A stretch of DNA of 64,000 nucleotides from positions 2,336,001 to 2,400,000 of the forward strand of contig OY762654.1 in assembly GCA_963666205.1 (NCBI GenBank). Reading direction: 5' to 3'. A model generated the notes under the pieces. It was not told the DNA's origin and made no database searches. It worked only from the letters and a program-made list of their open reading frames with translations. Origin of the DNA: Synergistales bacterium. Its GTDB lineage: Bacteria; Synergistota; Synergistia; Synergistales; JAFGMB01. Below, piece by piece: positions 39,053 to 49,241 of the stretch. Position 1 is the stretch's first letter, and each line of letters opens with the position of its first letter. A program made the translations under genes and the position numbers.

Positions 39053-39529
39053 TTAAAAAATTTCCAGAGGAAGCTGTGTAACGTGAAGCATGTTCTGAAT
39101 ATTGTCGGTCGCTTTGAAAACCAGAGTATATTTACCAGTTTTCCACTTTGAAAAATCCAGAGGTACTTTGAAGGAAAGGTCTCTTTGATTACTTTTCAAA
39201 GATTTTTTGAGGGCAAAGACCTTATCACTCTTTGCAACTATTTTGTCTTCCGAGTCAATAACATCCAGTTCGACTCTGATGTCAATCTCGTATTCTTCTT
39301 CGCCCTTTTTAACGGTGAAATTATCAAGTTCGACATATACTGAAGTTTTACTACCACTAAGAAAATGGTTATCTTCTTCATTGGTATAGTTTCCAAAACC
39401 GTCAGCCTGGCTGACGAATACAGCTTTGCTTATAAGAATTGAAGGGGAAGCAGAAGCTGGAATTACCGTGATTATTAGAAGTAGCATAATGCTCAGAAGA
39501 CAACGACAGAATCTAAGGTCTGATTTCAC
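39053..39529 (-). CDS. Secreted hypothetical protein, Ig-like beta-sandwich pattern
   Basis: Signal peptide, F..G....YVE and G.Y.L.....D pattern. Confidence 0.65.
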   Translation of the reverse strand: MKSDLRFCRCLLSIMLLLIITVIPASASPSILISKAVFVSQADGFGNYTNEEDNHFLSGSKTSVYVELDNFTVKKGEEEYEIDIRVELDVIDSEDKIVAKSDKVFALKKSLKSNQRDLSFKVPLDFSKWKTGKYTLVFKATDNIQNMLHVTQLPLEIF

Positions 39530-39699
39530 AATTATCCCCCCTGTTGATTATTCTGTACTTAAAAGACATTATACCTTTGGTTCAGTTTTATGTCACAAGT
39601 CAAACTACTTATTCCTCTTTTTTACGCGGCGATAAAACATCTTTCTTTATGTTATATTCTTTACTGGAAGATCGAAAACAAAAAGCGATGGTGATCAAT

Positions 39700-40278
39700 T
39701 TGGTTTACAGGGCATGTTTTGATGGAGCATCAAGGGGTAATCCAGGGGAAGCCGGTGCAGGTGCCGTGATATATGATGAAGAGGGAAAAGCGGTATGGGA
39801 ATTTTCCCGTGCTCTTGGGAAAAAAACTAATAACGAAGCAGAATATTCAGCCCTCATCTTTTTACTTGAAGAAATAAGGGCAAGGAATCTTAAATATGTT
39901 CAGATCACAGGTGACAGCAAACTTGTAGTTAACCAGGTTAATGGGTTATGGAAGGTTAACAAGCCCCATCTGAAGGAACTTTTCCTTAAGGCTAAGGAAC
40001 TGAAGAAACAGACAGAATCGGAACTCCAGTGGGTTTCAAGAGATCTTAATGCCCATGCTGATGCCCTATCGAACCGAGCTTTTGAAAAAAAAGATGAGTA
40101 TGGACATCTTGCAGTATTTGATTCTTCAGATCTGGAAAAGATTACGGACCAGATCTACATTGCCCATGGAACAGAGGATTATGCTGTTGATCTCCTCCAC
40201 AGGAACTGTTCATGTCCTTTCTTCCAGAGAAAGAAGGACTGCAAGCATTTAAGGGCGGCCCTCTCTCTTGAATCCTGA
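39700..40278 (+). CDS. rnhA: Ribonuclease HI-like protein fused to a C-terminal SWIM zinc finger
   Basis: FDGASRGNPG, TNNEAEY, GDSKLV and N..AD catalytic motifs; C-terminal CSCP...CKH. Start is TTG 39700 or ATG 39688. Confidence 0.88.
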   Translation: MVYRACFDGASRGNPGEAGAGAVIYDEEGKAVWEFSRALGKKTNNEAEYSALIFLLEEIRARNLKYVQITGDSKLVVNQVNGLWKVNKPHLKELFLKAKELKKQTESELQWVSRDLNAHADALSNRAFEKKDEYGHLAVFDSSDLEKITDQIYIAHGTEDYAVDLLHRNCSCPFFQRKKDCKHLRAALSLES

Positions 40279-40369
40279 TGGACTTTCTCTTGAGGTCATA
40301 GGGACTCCAGAATTTATGTGATAATGGTTCCGGTATGAGTCGTTTCCAGAGAATAAAAGCAAGGAAAGG

Positions 40370-41386
40370 ATGAATTTAATGAAAAGACATATTACTGAAG
40401 TTATAAATACTTCTTCTGTCGGTCTGTATATGATAGATCTCCCCCTTCCCCTTCCCGGTTTTTCCTACCAGATAACTTCCTGGTTGCTTCAGGACAGGGA
40501 ATTGGGGAAAAACTACCTTGTAGATCTTGGCCCTGCTTCTACCGTTCCTGCCCTTGAAAAGAGTCTCTCTACTCTTGGTGTAGAAGAACTTGACTATGTA
40601 CTGCTAACCCACATTCACCTTGATCATGCCGGCGGGATAGGCCATCTGGTAAAGATATTTCCAGGCACCAGGATAGTAGTGCCATTCAGGGGGCGTAAAC
40701 ACCTGATCGATCCTTCCAGGCTGTGGGAGGGAAGCCTCAAAACCCTTGGGGAGATGGTACTTACTTTTGGGGAAATGATAGCTGTTTCCGAAGATGACAT
40801 TCTGAAAAATACTATCAGCATAGATGGCCTTGAAGTCTGGGATACTCCAGGCCATGCATCTCATCACCAATCTTTTCTGTATAAACGTGGAGATGAAAAC
40901 ATTCTTTTTCCGGGAGAGGCGGCTGGTGTGATGCTTAACCGGGATATGCTCCCCAGGTGGCAGGAAAATATTGATATGACCGACAGTCCTGAACCTCCTG
41001 TTCCATATGTCCCTGATGTATTGTACATGTATCCCGCTTCTCCTCCTGTTTTTGACCTGGAAATCGCAAAGAGATCTCTCTCAAGCCTTATGGAGAGGAA
41101 AAGCAGCCTTATATGTTACAGCCACTACGGCTATTCGAGGTACCCTTCCATAATCCTGAAGTTGCATATGGAACAGCTTACCCTTTGGGAGGAAATAATA
41201 TCAGGAACCCTCAAGAGTGATAATGATCATGAGGCCGTTGTCGAAAAAGCACTAAAGATCCTTCTTGCAAGTGATGGATTCCTTTCCTGTTATCAGTTCT
41301 TTAGCGAGGAAATGAAGGGAAAGGAGCGTTTCTTTATAAGGAACAGCATTCTGGGATTCGTCAGTTTCCTGAAAGAAAAAAATTAA
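40370..41386 (+). CDS. MBL-fold metallo-hydrolase
   Basis: THIHLDHAGG, TPGHASHH and SHYG. Confidence 0.92.
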   Translation: MNLMKRHITEVINTSSVGLYMIDLPLPLPGFSYQITSWLLQDRELGKNYLVDLGPASTVPALEKSLSTLGVEELDYVLLTHIHLDHAGGIGHLVKIFPGTRIVVPFRGRKHLIDPSRLWEGSLKTLGEMVLTFGEMIAVSEDDILKNTISIDGLEVWDTPGHASHHQSFLYKRGDENILFPGEAAGVMLNRDMLPRWQENIDMTDSPEPPVPYVPDVLYMYPASPPVFDLEIAKRSLSSLMERKSSLICYSHYGYSRYPSIILKLHMEQLTLWEEIISGTLKSDNDHEAVVEKALKILLASDGFLSCYQFFSEEMKGKERFFIRNSILGFVSFLKEKN

Positions 41387-41814
41387 AATGCCGGATTCTG
41401 AGCAATGAAATCGCAAGCACTGTAAATGACAAGACCGGATCTTTCCTGTGATTTTCCCATCGCTAACATTTGGGAGCTTGTGGTGGAAATCACCCCTATC
41501 TCGTTTTTTCAGTGAAGATATTTCAGCCCCTTTGGTTGATTCCCCATGCAGATCTCTCAATGAGACAGAATTGATTTTTATATAAGTGGTATAATTTACT
41601 ACAAAGAATCGGTATTTAGTCAGAGTTTTACCTAGGGACTTGTGGTCTCTGTTTTTTATCCATGTTCTGTCCAATCTTAAAGATCGTTCCCGACTCTTTA
41701 CTCATCCTCCAGGGACTGCAGGATTCCTGCTATTAACTGGAATTCCACTTGTATTGAGGATGACTTTTAAAGACCGCTCATGCAGCGGAAATTAAAGAAA
41801 AAGGGGTTGAGTGA

Positions 41815-42957
41815 ATGAATATTCTGGCCAGAGAAGAATTAAGATCTCTTATGGATGCTCAGAAAGGTCCCTGTGCATCTGTGTACATTTCATTTCCCCC
41901 TTCGGGGGAACCTTCCCGCCAGGCTCGCATAAAATTAAAAAATGCAATTCGAGAGCTGGAGACTCTTCTGGAAAAAAGTGGTATTGAAAAGAAAGATGAG
42001 ATATCCTTTATTGAACCTTTGCAGGGACTGTTAATGGATATCCCGTTCTGGAAGAGCCTTAATATGGCTCTCGCGATCTTTCTTTCCATGGATGATATGC
42101 GATTTTTCTGGCTCCCGGCAGGAGTGAAGGATCTTGTAATCCTTTCGGAAAGATTCCATATAAAACCACTGATCCAGTTTTTCAGCGGAGAAGAACAGTA
42201 TTATCTTCTTGCACTAAGTCAGAAGAAGGTAAGGTTGTTCACTGGATCCAGGTATTTGCTTGATCCCATGGCAATACCTGACCTCCCGGGGGGATTGAAG
42301 GATGTTCTGAAATATGAAGAGAGAGAGAGAACACTTCAGAGAACTCACGGATCTCCAGGCGGAAAGGGGGGGCTTTCTCCTGTACATGGGGCTGGATATG
42401 AACTCAACAAGGATGATATCCTCAAATATTTTAAAATAGTTGATAAATCCATTCTTGATATACTGGAAGGGAAAAAGGCACCCCTCCTTATAGCAGCAGT
42501 CGAACCGGAAATTTCTCTCTATAAAAGGATAACAGCTTATCCAGTAGTTGTGGAAGAAGGGATTTCAGGTAACCCTGATATTCTATCCGCCCATGAACTT
42601 CACCTCAGGTCTATGGAAATAATGGATCCTTATTTTAGAGAAAGAGAAGAAAAAGCTATAAGTGAATATAACGATAAGATTGCTTCCGGCCGGACTTCGG
42701 GAGACCTGAAAAAGCTTATCTCTATGGCACATGAAGGAAGAATCCAGTCTTTCTTTGTAGCAAGAGATTGCCGACAGTGGGGAAATTATAATCCTTCAAA
42801 TGGCCAAATGGAGATCCACAATGAGAAAATGGTGGAAGATCAGGATCTGCTTGATCTTGCCGCATATCATACTATTCTGACTGGAGGGACAGTATATGTG
42901 ATCGATCCCGAAAGGATTCCGGGAGGAGGGCTGGCCTCTGCCATTTTCAGGTACTAG
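41815..42957 (+). CDS. Bacterial archaeo-eukaryotic release factor homolog (baeRF3/baeRF7-like)
   Basis: SVY, I.LKN, FHIKPL, YLLALS...RLF, PLL.A, GNPD, A.EGR and DLLD.AA..T...GG.V pattern. Confidence 0.8.
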   Translation: MNILAREELRSLMDAQKGPCASVYISFPPSGEPSRQARIKLKNAIRELETLLEKSGIEKKDEISFIEPLQGLLMDIPFWKSLNMALAIFLSMDDMRFFWLPAGVKDLVILSERFHIKPLIQFFSGEEQYYLLALSQKKVRLFTGSRYLLDPMAIPDLPGGLKDVLKYEERERTLQRTHGSPGGKGGLSPVHGAGYELNKDDILKYFKIVDKSILDILEGKKAPLLIAAVEPEISLYKRITAYPVVVEEGISGNPDILSAHELHLRSMEIMDPYFREREEKAISEYNDKIASGRTSGDLKKLISMAHEGRIQSFFVARDCRQWGNYNPSNGQMEIHNEKMVEDQDLLDLAAYHTILTGGTVYVIDPERIPGGGLASAIFRY

Positions 42958-43021
42958 ATATTTTGTCCCGCGCTAATGGAGGGAGAGGGGTGTTTGGGAA
43001 GTTATGCCAGAAGGTCTGTAA

Positions 43022-43960
43022 TTATACCTTCCAGCATCCTACCATCCTTCCCTTCTCCTCCTTAATGGGCGGGAAGGATAGACACTGGTCATCAGAGAGG
43101 GGGCACCTGCTTCTAAAGGGGCAGCCCCTTTCTTCTGTCTGAATGGTTCTGTCCTTCGCTAGTAATTTTAATTTTTCTCCAAGTTTGGGAAGCGCGGAGT
43201 AAAGAGCTTTTGTGTAGGGGTGGACTGGATCTGCAAGGATTTTAGAGCTGTTTCCATACTCGCACACCATTCCCCCATATAGCACCATGGTCCTCCCTGC
43301 TGCAGCTCTTGCCAGAAGAAGGTCATGGGTTACAAAGATAAGGGACATGCCAGTTGCAACCCTTCTATTCAGGATTTCAATTATTTCTCCCCTTGTAGAA
43401 GCATCCTGCATGCTTGTTGGCTCGTCTGCCAGAAGAAGGGTTGGGTGCAGTATCAGGGCTCTTGCGACGGATACTCTCTGTCTCTGGCCTCCTGAAAGCC
43501 CGGATCTGATACGGGCTTTCGATATTCTTCCCTCTCCAAGGCCAAGTTCTTTCAGAAGTTGCGAGGCTTTTTCTATGGCTTCTCCCTTTCTATTTTTCCC
43601 ATTGACCAGAATGAATGGTTCAGTAACTGCATCCAGTACATCCATAGTTGGAGGAAGACAGCCATAAGGGTCCTGGGGTATGAATCCACAGCGTCTTCTC
43701 AAGCTTACCAGGGTGGAGGTAGGGCATTGCCCCAGGTTTTCTCCAAGTAGATATATTTCCCCGGAGTCAAGGGGAAGAAGCCCCAGTACTGCCCTTAGAA
43801 GAGTAGTCTTTCCACTGCCGGATTCTCCAACTATAGCAAGGCTTTTCCCGTATCCTAAATTAAAGGATACCTGCCTGAGGGCCTGTACGAATGTTCCACC
43901 TCGGGATGAAAATGAAAGATCTGCCCTTTCTACCTTCAGCAATGTTTCAATGGAATTCAA
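43022..43960 (-). CDS. Peptide ABC transporter ATP-binding protein (OppF/DppF)
   Basis: GESGSGKT, LSGGQRQR, DEPTS, HPYT and C-terminal GCPF..RC. Confidence 0.93.
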   Translation of the reverse strand: MNSIETLLKVERADLSFSSRGGTFVQALRQVSFNLGYGKSLAIVGESGSGKTTLLRAVLGLLPLDSGEIYLLGENLGQCPTSTLVSLRRRCGFIPQDPYGCLPPTMDVLDAVTEPFILVNGKNRKGEAIEKASQLLKELGLGEGRISKARIRSGLSGGQRQRVSVARALILHPTLLLADEPTSMQDASTRGEIIEILNRRVATGMSLIFVTHDLLLARAAAGRTMVLYGGMVCEYGNSSKILADPVHPYTKALYSALPKLGEKLKLLAKDRTIQTEERGCPFRSRCPLSDDQCLSFPPIKEEKGRMVGCWKV

Positions 43961-44742
43961 TCTGGATTTCCTCCTTCAAGGACTTTAAGGGCTGAGATAA
44001 GCTCCCTGGTATGAACATGACGGGGATTTTCCAGAATTTCTTCTGTGGAGCCCTGTTCTACTATCAGACCGCTCTTCATAACGGAGATATGATCTGCCAC
44101 AGATGTTGCTAGTGGAAGATCATGGGTGACAAGGAGCATTCCCATTCCTGTATCTGTTACTATCTTTGAAAGTGTGGAGACTATTTCTCCCTGGGTTATA
44201 ACGTCCAGAGCGGTTGTGGGTTCATCAGCAAGGAGAAAATCCGGATCGCAGGCAAGAGCCATTGCTATGGATGCTCTCTGCTTCTGACCCCCGGAAAGTT
44301 CATGTGGGTACCGTCCTGCCACAGAAGAGGGTAACCCGGATTTATCCAGTAGCTCTGCAGTTTTCCTTTCTGCAGTAAGTCCTTTGATCCCATTGTGGAA
44401 TGAAAGGATTTCCCTGATCTGCTGTCCAACCGAGAGAACTGGTGTAAGAGAGTTCATGGCACCCTGGGGTATAAGGGCAATTCGCTCCCAGCGTATCCTG
44501 TTCAACTGTGATTCGGAAATATGTAGGATGTCTTCCCCGTGAAAAATGATCTTTCCCCTTACCAGGGTTTCAGAAGGAAGAAGGGAAAGGATAGCCATCA
44601 GGAGTGTGCTTTTCCCGCTTCCTGATTCACCGACTAATGCGGCAATGGTTCCCTTTTCAATTGTGAGAGATGCATTGATAACGGCTTCTACATCAGAAAG
44701 GGTATTTCGATATGAAACATAGAGATGTGAGATCCTGATCAT
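43957..44742 (-). CDS. Peptide ABC transporter ATP-binding protein (OppD/DppD)
   Basis: GESGSGKS, YPHELSGGQKQR and DEPTTALD. Confidence 0.93.
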   Translation of the reverse strand: MIRISHLYVSYRNTLSDVEAVINASLTIEKGTIAALVGESGSGKSTLLMAILSLLPSETLVRGKIIFHGEDILHISESQLNRIRWERIALIPQGAMNSLTPVLSVGQQIREILSFHNGIKGLTAERKTAELLDKSGLPSSVAGRYPHELSGGQKQRASIAMALACDPDFLLADEPTTALDVITQGEIVSTLSKIVTDTGMGMLLVTHDLPLATSVADHISVMKSGLIVEQGSTEEILENPRHVHTRELISALKVLEGGNPD

Positions 44743-45935
44743 TTATCATTGCCTCCCTTCAACCTCGGATCGACCATTTCTTCAAGAAACTTTCCGATAT
44801 CGAGAAAGATAAGGCATAAAAAGGTTATTCCAAGACCTGGAGGGAGCAGCAGCCACCATGCACCGGTAGTGAATGCTCCGAAGGAATGAGCTTCGTGAAG
44901 CATTCGACCCCACGATATCACCCTTGGATCTGAGAGTCCCAGGAAAGATATTCCTGCTTCAGCGAGAATCGCTCCGGGAACACCCAGGGCGATATTTGCC
45001 AACAGCAGCGGCAGTGTTTCGGGGAGAAGGTGTCTCGCAAGAATGTATGTAGTACCTGCACCGAGAGCCCTGAGGTTTTCAATAAAGCAGGCATCCCTCA
45101 GAGTAAGAGTCAGGGATCGTACGGTACGGGCCGTTCCCATCCAGGAAAAAAGGGAAAGAATAAGTACCAGCTGCCATAGGCCCTTTCCCCAGATACCTGC
45201 CAGTGCCATTAGAATGGGAAGGATAGGAATTGATAGAAGCACATCCACGCTCCTCATTATGACAGAGTCGGTCAGCCCGCCTGCATATCCGCTAAGCAGA
45301 CCCATTGAAAGACCTATCATACTGGCAATCAGGGTGGCGCTTATTCCAACTATAAGGGAAACCCTTATTCCCATAACGAAGAGGTACAATACGTTCCTTC
45401 CCCTCTGATCAGTACCGAGGATACCCCATCGACCACCTTCAAGGGTTGTGGTCAGTACAGCTGATGCAACAGGGACATCGCTTTCGATATATAAGGAGTA
45501 TTCTCCCTCGGTCGGTATCAGTCTGTCCATTGCATTATCAAAGGCCGAAAGACCAATGTTCAACTTGAAGGTAATGTCCCTTCCGTCAAGATCTATCAGG
45601 ATATCATAATATCGGGAAAGATCTTCGAGAAGGATCTCTTCACGTGGTGTTCTCCATATGAGTGCGGCCTTGACCGGTGTTCCTTCGAACCTGATCCTGC
45701 CCTTGAGTCGAAACTGCTTTGGCGGATCGCCTTTCCAGTTGAAGGTTTTTGTTGTTTCACCTTCTTTCATTTCAAGAATTCTTGTAAGAGGTGCATCCCG
45801 GTCGAGCCACTCAGGTTTTGAAAAAGGAGGCGCCATAGGTTTTTCAGGTTCAGTTCCAAAAAAAAACGGTCCTGCAATCGCAGTAAGGATAGTGAGAAAG
45901 AGGGCAATAAAACTCCATCGTTTCCAGGATCTCAA
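44739..45935 (-). CDS. Peptide ABC transporter permease (OppC/DppC) with a large extracytoplasmic insert
   Basis: LGTDQRGR, ARTVR, RHLLP, EAGISFLGL and WG.ML. Confidence 0.93.
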   Translation of the reverse strand: MRSWKRWSFIALFLTILTAIAGPFFFGTEPEKPMAPPFSKPEWLDRDAPLTRILEMKEGETTKTFNWKGDPPKQFRLKGRIRFEGTPVKAALIWRTPREEILLEDLSRYYDILIDLDGRDITFKLNIGLSAFDNAMDRLIPTEGEYSLYIESDVPVASAVLTTTLEGGRWGILGTDQRGRNVLYLFVMGIRVSLIVGISATLIASMIGLSMGLLSGYAGGLTDSVIMRSVDVLLSIPILPILMALAGIWGKGLWQLVLILSLFSWMGTARTVRSLTLTLRDACFIENLRALGAGTTYILARHLLPETLPLLLANIALGVPGAILAEAGISFLGLSDPRVISWGRMLHEAHSFGAFTTGAWWLLLPPGLGITFLCLIFLDIGKFLEEMVDPRLKGGNDK

Positions 45936-46909
45936 CGTCTGCCCCTCCTTTCAAACCTTACCCTTGGGTCTACAAGACCGTAGGCTAAATCAGCGATAAG
46001 ATTGCTCGTTATTGTAAGCAGGGCCAGCAGATAGAATGCTGCTCCTGCGGCAGGGTAGTCATGACCGGTCACAGATTCCAGCAGAAATCGACCTACTCCA
46101 TGAAGTGAGAAGACAGTTTCAGTGATAACTGCCCCCGAAACGATACCTGGAAGGGCAAGTAAAAAAATTGTTATTACAGGAGGCAGTATGGTTCTGAAAG
46201 CATGTCCCCAGATTATCTTGTGTGAAGGCAAGCCCTTGGCTTTTGCCATAAGAATAAAATCTTCCCCCAATACTTTAACCATAAGATTCCTTACATATAG
46301 AGCCCATCCGCCAAAGCCAAGAAGGACCAGTGAGATGACGGGCAGGCACATGTGCCATATGTAATCCACTGCGGCAGCCATGGCTCCTGCAGGGGGAGGT
46401 ATGGAAATACTCCCCCGTAAAGGGAAAATAGGGAACAGATAACCAAAGCACATCAGAAGTATCAATTGAACAAAAAAAGAGGGGAAGGAAAAGGAAACAG
46501 CTCCTCCCCATAATACTATTTTTTCGATAGCCGAATCCCTGTGCAGGGCAGCCTTTATTCCAAGAAGGGTGCCGATAATGGCTGAAAGGATGAGAGCGGA
46601 GCCTAGAAGGGCTACTGTATTGGGTATTCTGGAAGAAAGTTCTTCCCATATAGGCCTCTGAGTTGAAAAGGAGATCCCGAATCTGAAGGTGACCATCTGT
46701 TTAGCATATAGAATGAACTGGCGGGACAGGGAGAGATCAAGTCCGTAGATCTTTCTGAGCTGTTCCTTTGCTTCGGGAGAAAAACGTGGATCAATAATGC
46801 TTGAAACAGGGTCTCCCGGCATCATCCTGAAGAGAAGGAAGTTGAGTATAAGGACTACCCCCAGAACAAGAAATGCGCTTGCTATCCGTTTTATCCAGTA
46901 ATTTTTCAT
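45932..46909 (-). CDS. Peptide ABC transporter permease (OppB/DppB)
   Basis: MPGDP, YGLD, AKAKGL, ETVFS..GVG and DPRVR. Confidence 0.93.
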   Translation of the reverse strand: MKNYWIKRIASAFLVLGVVLILNFLLFRMMPGDPVSSIIDPRFSPEAKEQLRKIYGLDLSLSRQFILYAKQMVTFRFGISFSTQRPIWEELSSRIPNTVALLGSALILSAIIGTLLGIKAALHRDSAIEKIVLWGGAVSFSFPSFFVQLILLMCFGYLFPIFPLRGSISIPPPAGAMAAAVDYIWHMCLPVISLVLLGFGGWALYVRNLMVKVLGEDFILMAKAKGLPSHKIIWGHAFRTILPPVITIFLLALPGIVSGAVITETVFSLHGVGRFLLESVTGHDYPAAGAAFYLLALLTITSNLIADLAYGLVDPRVRFERRGRR

Positions 46910-46961
46910 TATTTAAGGTGTCCTTTTTCAGATAAGATCAGTATTTAGTGAAATGTTTTTC

Positions 46962-48641
46962 TCATTGTTCAAGAAGCCAGAACTTTTCATTTCTTGTGAA
47001 CCTCACATATTCTCCGATCCTGTATTCCCTGAAAATGAAGGGTCCGGTTCCGACCAGCTGGGTCATAGTTTTATCGACCGGATTCTCAAGTTTCGAAGGC
47101 TGCCAGTTCTGCCAGTCCTTCACATTACGGATTATATGTTCAGGTAAGATTGGAAGTCCTCCAATGTTGTGAAGATACCAGTAACTTACTCCCTTCATGG
47201 TTATTTCAATAGTGTAGTTATCGGGGGTGGCAATTTCCAGTACATCTCTGACATTATCAAGGTAACGGGGGATCATGTTATCTTTGAGGAAGAGGATCGT
47301 CGCCTTCACATCTTCCGATGTGAAGGGTTTGCCATCCTGCCAGACCACATCTTTTCTCAAACGGAAATACAGTCTGGTTTTTTCCCCGTCACTCCTGGTG
47401 ACAGTTTCGATCTTCCATTCCTCTGCAAGCCAGGGTATATCTTCGAGAGTGAAGGGATCTACGGCAAGAAGTCCATCATAAATTGTACCCATGACCTGCC
47501 AGTCATAGGCAGAACCTGCCGAGAATGGATTAAGAGATCTTGGTTCATCTGACAGACACCAGTGAAGGGGAACCATCTCTCCTGCAACTGGCTCCATAGA
47601 TAGAAGAGACCATGTGTTATCTGCAGTGCTTACTCTGCTTTTTATGAGATTCTTCCATTTTCGGTTTACAGAAGCAATGGAATAACGGGAATAGATAGGA
47701 ATTGCCGGAAGCTTTTCATCCAGAAGTTTCTGGCTCAGGGAAGAAGCTTCCCGGGCAGTTATTTCATCGGGAGCCCAGCGAAGTCTTTCCAGTGCCTTGT
47801 CCAGCTCTGGATCGTTGATACCTGGAATATTATATCCGCCTTTAATATTCATGGAACTGTGATAGAAGGCAAAAAGGGAATCAGGGTCTCTTGTCATTGA
47901 CCATGCAAGAACGTAGGTGTCAAAATCATGTTCATTAAGGCGGGATATCATGGTGGCAAAATCCATGGGATCAAGTTCGAGAGGAATACCTATATCATTG
48001 AGCGATTCTACTGATCTGGAAGCCAGTTCTGCGGTTGTAGGTGCGACCTGGGCGGTAGGTGATAATAGTTTCATCTTTTCAAGTGGTTTTTCTGATCCGG
48101 GCGGAATGAGAATTCCCTCATCGTCCCATTTCCAGCCGGCATTTTTAAGGATATCTCTGGCTTTTTCCGGATCGAATCCGGAAAAAGGAATGTCTTTTTC
48201 AATATAGGGTGAAGCAGGAGGAAGAAAGGTGGAGAGGGGGGCTGCATATCCGGAGAAGAGGTCCCTTACTATCTTTTCTCTTGGTATGGCAAGCCATGCA
48301 GCCTTGCGAAGTTCCTCAATGTCCCAGGGTGATCTTCGAAGGTTAAAGCCCAGGAAAAATCCGTGAAAGGCCTGGGCAAGAGAGAGGTCTAGATCAGGGT
48401 TTCTGGATAACCTGTCAACATCAACCGGCCTGATGATATCACCGAGAATATCTATATCTCCCTTTTCTGCGGCGAGAACCTGTGCATCGGGGTCTCTTAT
48501 AATGACCATGTAGAGTTCCCGAACCTTTGGTCCGGTTATTTTTCGGGGAGACAAGACGTCCTCTCCTGTACAGTAACTTCCTGGAAAGAAGAATAACAGA
48601 AGCGCCATGAGGATTATGTATTTTCCCAAGAACTGTTTCAT
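46962..48641 (-). CDS. Family 5 ABC solute-binding protein, circularly permuted
   Basis: Begins GPKVREL...KGDID, normally the C-terminal half; ends with EPRSLNP...PWLAE.W...WQDGKPFTSEDV...GTGPF...RN..FW, normally the N-terminal half. Confidence 0.9.
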   Translation of the reverse strand: MKQFLGKYIILMALLLFFFPGSYCTGEDVLSPRKITGPKVRELYMVIIRDPDAQVLAAEKGDIDILGDIIRPVDVDRLSRNPDLDLSLAQAFHGFFLGFNLRRSPWDIEELRKAAWLAIPREKIVRDLFSGYAAPLSTFLPPASPYIEKDIPFSGFDPEKARDILKNAGWKWDDEGILIPPGSEKPLEKMKLLSPTAQVAPTTAELASRSVESLNDIGIPLELDPMDFATMISRLNEHDFDTYVLAWSMTRDPDSLFAFYHSSMNIKGGYNIPGINDPELDKALERLRWAPDEITAREASSLSQKLLDEKLPAIPIYSRYSIASVNRKWKNLIKSRVSTADNTWSLLSMEPVAGEMVPLHWCLSDEPRSLNPFSAGSAYDWQVMGTIYDGLLAVDPFTLEDIPWLAEEWKIETVTRSDGEKTRLYFRLRKDVVWQDGKPFTSEDVKATILFLKDNMIPRYLDNVRDVLEIATPDNYTIEITMKGVSYWYLHNIGGLPILPEHIIRNVKDWQNWQPSKLENPVDKTMTQLVGTGPFIFREYRIGEYVRFTRNEKFWLLEQ

Positions 48642-48839
48642 TTTTACCCTCCCTGAAAATGCCGGCTTGTGCTAATGATACCTTACCTTGCCGGTCATTT
48701 GTATTTTTCTATGGACTATTTTGTTTTCTACATGCCATTATTACATATTTATTTCAGGGAAATAATGATATCAGGGTAGCCTGGTATATAATTACTATAA
48801 TAAATAACCCTGAAATAACAAATTAAGGAGTTGGAAGGA

Positions 48840-49241
48840 ATGCCCTGGAAAGAGCTTGAGCATACAGCAGATATGGGACTTGAAATAACGGCACCAACTA
48901 TGGAAGATCTGGTTATTGAATCTGCTGCTGCTCTTTACAGGGTCATGTTCCAGGGGGTATGTCCAGGAGCAATTCTTCAAGAACATGATATATTGATCCG
49001 CGGTAACGATCTTGTTGAGATCATGGTTTCATGGATGAATGAACTTCTCTTTCTTTACGATACAAGGACAGGTATATTTATTATCCGGCAGGTTCATCTT
49101 GAACCTTTGGAAAAAGTGTTACATGTAAAAGGTGCACTTTATGAAGCCCCATATCTTATTACGTATGTTAAGGCAGCTACCTACGGCAGCGTCCTGTTGT
49201 TAACCAGTCCCCCTTTTTTCAGGGTATATCTGGATCTATGA
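48840..49241 (+). CDS. Archease
   Basis: LEHTAD, WMNELLF, VKAATY and C-terminal DL; overlaps the rtcB start. Confidence 0.92.
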   Translation: MPWKELEHTADMGLEITAPTMEDLVIESAAALYRVMFQGVCPGAILQEHDILIRGNDLVEIMVSWMNELLFLYDTRTGIFIIRQVHLEPLEKVLHVKGALYEAPYLITYVKAATYGSVLLLTSPPFFRVYLDL

